Below are positions 54,447 to 64,000 of a DNA stretch of 64,000 nt, piece after piece. A program made the translations under genes and the position numbers. How positions within the stretch are numbered: position 1 is the stretch's first letter; the number at the start of each line of letters is the position of its first letter. The DNA comes from Eledone cirrhosa (Eukaryota). Location of the stretch: assembly GCA_964016885.1 (NCBI GenBank), contig OZ024758.1:11098001-11162000 (forward strand). The letters are read 5' to 3'. The notes below the pieces were generated by a model, which did no database searches, was not told the origin of the DNA, and worked only from the letters and a program-made list of their open reading frames with translations.

Positions 54447-54920
54447 GTGGTGATGGTGATGATGGTGGTGATGATGGTGATGGCAGCAGTTGCAGTGGTA
54501 ATGGTGATGGTGGTGATGATAGTGATGGTGATGGTAATGGTGGTGAAGCTGGTGATGGTAATGGCGGTGAAGGTGGTGATGATAATGGTCGTGAAGGTGG
54601 TTATGGTGATGGTGTTGGTAAGAATGATGATGGTGTTGATGCTGGTGATGATAGTGATAATGATGACGGTGATGATGATTGTGATAAAGATGATGGTGGC
54701 GATGGTGTTGGTGAGAATGATGATGGTGATGATGATGATAATGGTGATGATGATGATAATGGTGATGATGATGATAGTGATAATGATGATGGAGATGATG
54801 GTGATAAAGATGATGGTGGTGATGGTGATGGTGTTGGTGAGAATGATGATGGTGATGATAATAATGGTGATGATGGTGATGAGGGTGATGATGATGGTGA
54901 TGATGATGATGATGCTGATG
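54447..54920. repeat. (GAT/GGT)n cryptic trinucleotide tract
   Basis: Directly visible; similar tracts at 13590-13885, 58219-58670 and 62310-62775. Confidence 0.9.
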
Positions 54921-55667
54921 AGGAAAATAAATACCAGACTATCATGAACATTTGAAATGTAACTGAAACTTGAGATAAATGAAATAAGGAAAGTGATTTA
55001 ATCCTGACATCCATTGACATCCATCAAATGGTGTATGACCCATCGATAGAGAAATAAACCATTTAACTCTGTTTACTATTGAAATATAAAACCCTGATTC
55101 AATACAGGAGCTTTAACCCTTTATCAAGTTTCTAATAAAAAGAAGAAATAGTACTTAGGATTTTTAATTAATTTTTTTAGATAATCAAGGAACTGAAAAA
55201 CCTATCAAGCAAGATGGTTGGATAACATCCATGAGCTTGGCTGGTCACACTTAGGTAGCCAGCTGGATCAGTTGAAGTCGGTTGCTTCTGACAGGACCTG
55301 CAAAAAGAAGTTTTGAGGACTCTGCTCCCACAAACCTCTGTTGAATAGAGATTTTGTTGCCTTGGTTCTGGCAAGCTAAATCTGGTCGTGTGGAATCTAA
55401 GGAATGGGTAGGGAAGGTGTGATAAGTGTCATGTCATACATTGATAACCTGAAGTAGGATAGCGGCAAGGAACCTGCCCAAATCTTAACCATTTCATTGC
55501 TATATTTCTAACGAAGGGAACAGGGGAAGGTAGGACAGGAATATAAAGAAAGAAGAATATTGAACATCTACACACATATATATATGTATGTATTGAAGTT
55601 TCCGTTGAAAATAGAAAAAAATCATAGGAGTGAAGAGTGCTCTATGTTAGTACCAGAGCAAAATTTA

Positions 55668-55711
<44 letters not shown>

Positions 55712-55716
<5 letters not shown>

Positions 55717-55914
55717 AACGAGTAGGACCCGACGGCTGAGCTCAAGCCGTTTCGATGGCTAATTCTGGACTGATTTTAGTCCAGAATTAGCCGTCAAAAC
55801 GGCTTGAGCTCAGCCGTCGGGGTCCTACTCGTTCCTATTACTCACTCTACTACCCTAAGTATTGAGTACTTTGGTGCGTTATGGTCCATCTGGTTCCTTA
55901 CCACATTTCCTTCG

Positions 55915-55916
<2 letters not shown>
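55712..55916 (+). mobile_element. Second palindromic (TA)n-embedded family with a hammerhead-like stem III and a conserved tail
   Basis: Palindrome 55712-55838 with (G/A)AAA-CGGCT-TGAGCTC-AGCCG-TC. Tail TACTC...TATTGAGTAC. (TA)n on both sides. Confidence 0.55.
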
Positions 55917-55956
<40 letters not shown>

Positions 55957-56045
55957 AAGAATATATATATATATATATATGAGTGAAGAATAACGTGGAT
56001 CAGCTATATATATAGAGTTATACTTCCAGAGCGTCAAAAACAAGG

Positions 56046-57270
56046 TATATATATAACAGTATATATATAACAGTATATATATAACAGTATATATATAACA
56101 GTATATATATAACAGTATATATATAACAGTATATATATAACAGTATATATATAACAGTATATATATAACAGTATATATATAACAGTATATATATAACAGT
56201 ATATATATAACAGTATATATATAACAGTATATATATAACAGTATATATATAACAGTATATATATAACAGTATATATATAACAGTATATATATAACAGTAT
56301 ATATATAACAGTATATATATAACAGTATATATATAACAGTATATATATAACAGTATATATATAACAGTATATATATAACAGTATATATATAACAGTATAT
56401 ATATAACAGTATATATATAACAGTATATATATAACAGTATATATATAACAGTATATATATAACAGTATATATATAACAGTATATATATAACAGTATATAT
56501 ATAACAGTATATATATAACAGTATATATATAACAGTATATATATAACAGTATATATATAACAGTATATATATAACAGTATATATATAACAGTATATATAT
56601 AACAGTATATATATAACAGTATATATATAACAGTATATATATAACAGTATATATATAACAGTATATATATAACAGTATATATATAACAGTATATATATAA
56701 CAGTATATATATAACAGTATATATATAACAGTATATATATAACAGTATATATATAACAGTATATATATAACAGTATATATATAACAGTATATATATAACA
56801 GTATATATATAACAGTATATATATAACAGTATATATATAACAGTATATATATAACAGTATATATATAACAGTATATATATAACAGTATATATATAACAGT
56901 ATATATATAACAGTATATATATAACAGTATATATATAACAGTATATATATAACAGTATATATATAACAGTATATATATAACAGTATATATATAACAGTAT
57001 ATATATAACAGTATATATATAACAGTATATATATAACAGTATATATATAACAGTATATATATAACAGTATATATATAACAGTATATATATAACAGTATAT
57101 ATATAACAGTATATATATAACAGTATATATATAACAGTATATATATAACAGTATATATATAACAGTATATATATAACAGTATATATATAACAGTATATAT
57201 ATAACAGTATATATATAACAGTATATATATAACAGTATATATATAACAGTATATATATAACAGTATATAT
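56046..57270. repeat. 14-bp perfect tandem array, about 87 copies
   Basis: (AACAGTATATATAT)n with no variant seen. Confidence 0.98.
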
Positions 57271-58691
57271 ATATATAAGAGTAACAACAAGAACCAATTC
57301 CTGATCAATTAAAGTTCAAGAGCATGTCAGGATAAAAAACAATGAGGTTAACAAGACAAAGGTTTACAGATGAGATCAAGTGAACAGTTTCTCATTAAAG
57401 AGTAACATTGACTAATGAGCGGAGTTTAGTAGCTGGCAACTGTTCAGGATTGCTGTATTATTATGATATCTAATTTATTAATGAACAATTAATAGAGGCA
57501 ATTTGTGACTGTAAACAGAAGGGAGGGCTAGGAGGAGATCAGAATCAATTGATACCATTGTTGTTGTTCCTGTTTGTTTTTTGGTGTTGTTTTTTTTTAG
57601 GGAGGATGAGAGAAGTTTGGAAGAAGGAGGCTTTTGTTATAACTGCAACAGGTTCTACAGGTACAAGGGTGGTCAATATAAACTGGACTTATTGATGAAT
57701 GATAAATGTAATCACCATTAAGTCAAAACAGCTCCACATGTTTTGGTTGTTTTTTTTGTTAGTATCGTTGCTGTTGTTGTTGTTGTTACAGCTGTTCACA
57801 TTTGAATATGCTTAGCCAGCCTGTTGTTAAGTTCACAACCAACGGGTCTCTTGAGTATTTGAATAAAAGGGGGCCCCAGTCCTATCATCACTCTATATTG
57901 GATGCCGGTTCTATTTAGTAACTGAAAGCCTCTCCCCACCCACCCACACTCTACCCCCTCCCACCCTTCCTCCATCCCCACCCACACACCCACAATCAAT
58001 CAATCAATCAATGCTACATCAAAGTTATATCAATCACCATGTTAACTTCTTTGTTTCTGTTGCAGAGTTTCTCCATCTTTAGAAGACAATTATTGTGAAA
58101 TTGATGCAGTAAAGATGTTGTCCTTCCAATCAATGTATCAATATATCAATATATCTGATAGCAAACGATCATTATCATTAACAGGGGACCTGGAGATACT
58201 GCTTCATCTGCAACTGGAGTGGTGGTGGTGGTAGTGATGGTGGTGGTGGTAGTGGTGAGTGTGGTGGTGGTGGTGGTAGTGGTGGTGGTAGTGATGTTGT
58301 TGTTGGTGGTAGTGATGTTGTTGTTGGTGGTAGTGATGTTGTTGTTGGTGGTAGTGATGTTGTTGTTGGTGGTGGTAGTGGTGGTGGTAGTGATGTTGTT
58401 GTTGTTGGTGGTGGTGGTAGTGGTGGTGGTGGTGGTAGTGGTGGTAGTTGTGGTGGTGGTGGTAGTGGTGGTGGTAGTGGTGGTGGTGGTAGTAGTGATG
58501 TTGTTGGTGGTGGTGGCAGTGGCGGTGGTGGTGGTGGTGTTGCTGGTGGTGGTATTGGTGGTAGTGGTGGTGTTGGTTGTAGTGGTGCTGGTGGAGATGG
58601 TGGTGATGGTGGTGATGGTGGTGTTGGTGATGGTGGTGGTAGTGGTGTTGTTGGTAGTATTGGTGAAGAGGGAGACAAGAAAGAGGAGTAT

Positions 58692-58724
<33 letters not shown>

Positions 58725-58780
58725 CAGGTATATATACACACATATATATATAATTATGATGATGATGATGATGATGCAGG

Positions 58781-58814
<34 letters not shown>

Positions 58815-59131
58815 TATAATTTCCTTAAATCATGCCATGCTTTCTTCCTGATTACATATCACATTGGTGTGTTTGTTTATTTGGTAGAACATGAGAACAT
58901 AAAGTAGAGAGAGATAGAGAGAGGGGGAGATAGAGAGAGAGAGGGGGGGAGAGAGAGAGAGAGGGGGGAGAGAGTAGGTAGGAGAGCAAGCAGCACATCT
59001 GGTGTGTTATATCCAGCTTATAATCTGTTGCCAGTTTGGATGAAGATTAACATTTGTTGATCTAATGGAAAATAATGTTTTATAAGAGATAGAGAGATAG
59101 ACTGATATATATATATATATATATTAATATC

Positions 59132-59165
<34 letters not shown>

Positions 59166-59452
59166 CATCCTTCTAGCGGGTCTGGGTAAGATTTTACATT
59201 CATTTAATTTATTAATTTATTATTTGTATGACCCGAATTTTCCTGGTCGTTTGTTCGGCTGTGCGAACGATTTTAAGCATTGTCTCTATGTGTTGGTATT
59301 TAAACGATAGTTATAGCTCTGGTTTATCCAAACTATTGAGCACTTTGCCATGCATTTCGAAGATTGTGTTTCGTTATTTCGTGGGCCGAGATTCCGATTC
59401 ACGATAATTTATTTGTATATATATATAAATATACATATATATATATATATAT

Positions 59453-59545
59453 AACAAAGGGATTGTGGTAAGGAACCAGGTGGACCATAACGCACCAGAG
59501 TACTCAATACTTAGAGTAGTAGAGTGGGAAATAGGAAAAAGTGCC
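59453..59545 (-). mobile_element. Tail-only copy of the 55.8-kb family
   Basis: Reverse-complement match to 55831-55916; lies in (TA)n. Confidence 0.7.
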
Positions 59546-59598
59546 ATGTGCCTCCATATATATATATGTGCCTCTATCTATCTATCTATCTATCTATC

Positions 59599-59830
59599 TA
59601 GAGAGAGAGAGAGAGAGAAAGAGCGAGAGAGAGAAAGAGCGAGAGAGAGAAAAAGCGAGAGAGAGAGAAAGAGCGAGAGAGAGAGAAAGAGCGAGAGAGA
59701 GAAAGAGCGAGAGAGAGAAAGAGCGAGAGAGAGAAAGAGCGAGAGAGAGAAAGAGCGAGAGAAAGAGCGAGAGAGAGAGAAAGAGCGAGAGAGAGAGAAA
59801 GAGCGAGAGAGAAAGAGAGAGAGAGAGAGC
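59599..59830. repeat. (GAGAGAAAGAGC)-type purine tract
   Basis: Directly visible. Confidence 0.9.
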
Positions 59831-59835
59831 TTACT

Positions 59836-59880
<45 letters not shown>

Positions 59881-60319
59881 CACTAGTTTCTACTTTACTT
59901 AACTTCCTGTCAAACAATTAATCTGAAATGTGATATATTTCATCTAATCACGGAAATATCTGAGAAAACCGCTTGAGTCAAATAACAAAAAGTAAAGCAA
60001 AATTACTGGAATGAAACCTTATATTTTAATTATCATCATAGAATGATCAGCATCGTTATCATCATGACCATCATTATATTCATCATCATCATCATCTTTT
60101 TATCATCATCATTATCATATTCATAACCTTACGGGGGTCGATAAAATAAAGTACCAGTAATGCACTGGGTGATTGCTGGCCTTGTGCCTAAAGTAGAAAC
60201 AATTATCATATTCATAACCATCATCATCATCATTGTCATCATCATCAGCAGCGGCATCAGATTCATAAACATTGTCATCATCGACATCATCACCATCACC
60301 ATCACCACCATCACCACAT

Positions 60320-60770
60320 GATGTATTGATAGATGTAACTGACCGTGGTCATTGGAGCACTTTGGCTGCCCCATGTGTCTCAAGACATGGGATATATTGA
60401 TAAATGTAACTGACTGTGGTCATTGGAGCACTTTGGCTGCCCCATGTGTCTCAAGACATGGGATGTATTGATAAATGTAACTGACTGTGGTCATTGGAGC
60501 ACTTTGGCTGCCCCATGTGTCTCAAGACATGGGATGTATTGATAAATGTAACTGACTGTGGTCATTGGAGCACTTTGGCTGCCCCATGTGTCTCAAGACA
60601 TGGGATATATTGATAAATGTAACTGACTGTGGTCATTGGAGCACTTTGGCTGCCCCATGTGTCTCAAGACATGGGATGTATTGATAAATGTAACTGACCG
60701 TGGTCATTGGAGCACTTTGGCTGCCTCATGTGTCTCAAGACTTGGGAAGTATTGATAGATGTAACTGACC
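60320..60770 (+). repeat. 71-bp minisatellite, about 6 copies
   Basis: Unit GATGTATTGATAAATGTAACTGACTGTGGTCATTGGAGCACTTTGGCTGCCCCATGTGTCTCAAGACATGG. It encodes TDRGHWSTLAAPCVSRHG, resembling an RTE ORF end. Confidence 0.9.
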
Positions 60771-60905
60771 TGAGCAGAGGTGGTGAAATCTGATCTCAAA
60801 TTGCTGAGACTCAGAAGAAATGATGAAGGAATGTGGCAAGTGAAGAGAAGCTGCACTGAAAAAGACCTAGCCAATCCATGCAAACTTGGAAAAAACTGAC
60901 AGAGA
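60770..60905 (+). mobile_element. RTE-like LINE 3' terminus abutting the 71-bp array
   Basis: EVVKSDLKLLRL...EEM... followed by the CCAATCCATGCAAACTTGGAAAAAACTGAC tail. Confidence 0.55.
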
Positions 60906-60962
60906 TACGGTCAGAGATACATTGGTTTTCCTGATGACTTCATTTCAATATTATACACACAC

Positions 60963-60996
<34 letters not shown>

Positions 60997-60997
<1 letters not shown>

Positions 60998-61495
60998 ATT
61001 ATCATTGTTTAATGTCCATCTTCCACGCTAGCATGGGTTAGACGGTTTTATTCCATTTGATGCAGGAATGGTCGGGAGACCATGCCTCGCTCGCACGGAA
61101 GCGTCTCTGGCAGGTTTTTTTTTTTTGTTACAGCTGGATGCCCTTCCTAACACCAACCACATTTACAGTGTGGACTGGGAGCCTTTTCACCGTGTCTCCT
61201 ACACAGCTACCTTACAGTGTGTGGACTGTTGTGTCATCGACACAGTGGACGGAACGAGAGAGGGAGGATGGGGTAGGGTGTGGTGATGGGGTGTGTAGGT
61301 AACATGGTAAAAACCTCCCAGTCCACACTGTAAACGTGGTTGGTGTTAGGAAGGGCATCCAGCCATAGAAAACCCGCCAGACAGTCCTATACGAGCAAGA
61401 CAACCAATCTTGCCTCAAGTGGGAAAAATCCCGTCCAAACCCATGCTAGCGTCGAAGATGGACGTTAAACGATGATGATGATGATGATGATGATA
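60997..61495. mobile_element. Inverted pair of family C 3' portions
   Basis: 60997-61200(-) and 61290-61495(+). Confidence 0.75.
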
Positions 61496-61532
61496 TAATA
61501 TAAAATCAAAAGATGGTTAAAAGAGTTCCATG

Positions 61533-61603
61533 TATTTTATAATGCGCATTTCAAAAACAAATATCCTCATGGGATGATATTTGCGTTCTCATCAGATAAA
61601 ATA
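61533..61603 (-). ncRNA. Type I hammerhead ribozyme motif (Penelope-like, palindromic stem III)
   Basis: Minus strand: TATTTTAT-CTGATGA-GAACGCAAATATC(ATCCCATGAG)GATATTTGTTTTT-GAAA-TGCGCA-TT-ATAAAATA. 8-bp stem I, long stem II, ATGCGCAT palindrome, predicted cleavage after AUU at 61541. Confidence 0.75.
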
Positions 61604-61770
61604 GAGAGACATGATATGAAGCTTAAAAAACACTTGCGAGCAGTGAAGTGTTAAATCAACATATCTTTTGATTTTATATTATTTATATACTCCAGTCCTA
61701 TAAACTGTTGAGTGCTACTTATCCGATATTTGCATTGCTTTATTGTGCTACAATAAAACTCACCTCTTAC

Positions 61771-61812
<42 letters not shown>

Positions 61813-61839
61813 CACACATGCTCCATCATTATTCTCATC

Positions 61840-61894
<55 letters not shown>

Positions 61895-62198
61895 GATGGA
61901 ATTTATCAAAGGCATAGTTTTACAATAGTAACAAACACAAGTTGATCATATTTATGTGAATTAGTCCAATCAACACTGAATGATACACGAAATGGGAATC
62001 ATAGTGTCCCAGGGTGGCAATTAATAATTCATGTGTGAAAGGCTGTGAACAGGAGACAAAACAATGTGTCAGTATATATATATATATATATATACACATA
62101 TATATATATACACATATATATATATATATATATATACGTATGTATGTGTGTATATATATATATATATACACATATATATATATACGTATGTATGTGTG

Positions 62199-62231
<33 letters not shown>

Positions 62232-63771
62232 GTATGAGTGTTTATGTATGTGTGTACTGAGAGAAAGGGGAGTGACTCAGTTAAATATTTGGCTGCCTCC
62301 ATCAATGTCGTCACTACCACCACCACCCCACCACCACCACCACCACCACCACCATCATCACCATCACCATCACCATCATCATGGCCATCACCATCACTAT
62401 CACCACCACCATCATGGCCATCACCATCACCACCACCACCACCATCATCATCATCACCACCACTACCATCATCATCACCACTACTACCACCATCATCACC
62501 ATCACCACCACCACGATCATCACCATCGCCACCACCACCATCATGATGACCACCACCACCATCACCATTACTACCACAATCATCACCATCACCACCATCA
62601 CCATCACCACCACCACCATCATCACCACCACCATCACCACCACTACTACCACCACCATCACCATCACCACCACCACCACGATCATCACCATCGCCACCAC
62701 CACCATCATGATGACCACCACCACCATCACCCTCACTACCACCACCACCACCACCACCACCATCGCCACCACCAGACATACTTGGTATTTGCAGCTAAAG
62801 TGACTCTTAGACAGACTTACTCATCATTTTATTCTAGTAAATTGCCAACTGGTGCATCAATCCCTCCTGGATTAACAGTTTCACTAACTCCATTACAAAC
62901 CAAATTCCCAGTTGTAAGACCATCACCCCCATCTCTCTCTCTCTCCACACTTACACATCATCATCATCATTATCTCCCCTTCTTCTCTTCCACTCTCCAC
63001 ACTTACACACACACATCATCACCATCATTATTACCACCCTCTTTCTCTCTCTCTCTCTCTCTCCACATGCACACTTACACACAGACACAGATCATCATCA
63101 CCATCATTATCTCCCCTTCTTCCTCTCTCTCTCCACACACACACACACACACATACATATCATCATCATCATCATCATCATTATTACTCCCATCTTCATC
63201 TCTCTCTCTCCACACATACACACACACACATCATCATCATCATCTCCCCTTCTTCCTCTCTCTCTCTCTCTTTCTCTCCACACATACACACTTAGACACA
63301 TACACATCATCATTACCCCTTCTTCCTCATTATCAACCCCTTCCTCTATCTTCCTCTCTCCACACACACATACATACATACATACATACATACACACACT
63401 GTCATCATTGAAGTAATTTGCTGGCTGTTGTTGCTGTTATTGTTGCTGTTGTTGTAGTAGAATAACCTCTGAGTTGATCACCAAACAGAGGAACAACTGA
63501 TTAAATCTCGCTATCATTTCTAAAATATTTCAAATTCATGACAATCTTATATATGAACAATCTGTTAAAATATTTAGACCGATTAACGAACACAAGCACA
63601 TTCCTAATTGTACTTTTATTGCTTGCAGTGTTTAAGTATGTCAGTTTAAATTAGATGATCTTTTGTGGCGTCCCTGTGTGAGCCAGGATTTTCTGTTCAA
63701 CATACCACTCAGTCAACTGATGATGAACTGATGATGTGCAATATATTGCTCATTTAAGCTGAGCACCGGGA

Positions 63772-64000
63772 CTCTGTTTGAAGATTGACCTCTGTGGTGT
63801 GAAACTGAGCATTGAGCCTCTCTCTGTTTGAAGACTGACCTCTGTGGTGTGAAACTGAGCATTGAGCCTCTGTGGTGTGAAGACTGACCTCTGTGGTGTG
63901 AAACTGAGCATTGAGCCTCTCTCAGTTTGATGACTGACCTCTGTGGTGTGAAACTGAGCATTGAGCCTCTCTCAGTTTGAAGACTGACCCATGTGGTGTG
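63772..64000. repeat. About 49-bp tandem repeat running off the window end
   Basis: CTGACCTCTGTGGTGTGAAACTGAGCATTGAGCCTCTCT recurs. Confidence 0.85.

Noticed and set aside
54437-54955. Asp/Gly-rich ORF resembling an acidic biomineralisation protein
   Set aside because: Cryptic (GAT/GGT)n microsatellite open in several frames, starting inside a SINE tail; such tracts are common throughout the window.
55915-57308. 460-aa and 424-aa YIYT-rich ORFs
   Set aside because: Translation of the 14-bp tandem array.
62014-63411. 465-aa His-rich ORF (and the Thr/Pro/His ORFs at 58146-58811)
   Set aside because: Concatenated (TA)n, (CAC/CAT)n, (CT)n and (CA)n microsatellites.

Overview
Eukaryotic, AT-rich and extremely repeat-dense DNA. 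The SINE families and the (TA)n/(CA)n/(GAT)n load suggest an octopus (coleoid cephalopod) genome; this is inference. Almost all long ORFs in the supplied track are artefacts of tandem repeats. One real spliced gene lies on the minus strand: a large first coding exon (38819-37849, starting MGTCYSK) splices in frame to a 181-nt exon (31026-30846) encoding a coiled-coil-like segment, and further small phase-0 exons are plausible at 16107-16051 and 4170-4111. The rest is intron or intergenic sequence containing two tRNA-derived SINE families, RTE, Dong/R4 and CRE-like LINE fragments, an internally deleted Tc1 transposon and many minisatellites. Two patterns stand out. First, short elements embedded in (TA)n carry type I hammerhead-ribozyme motifs, mostly as head-to-head palindromes, plus a shared stem-loop tail (Penelope-like). 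Second, at least three and probably four minisatellite arrays are built from LINE C-terminal coding fragments, often directly followed by a LINE 3' end.
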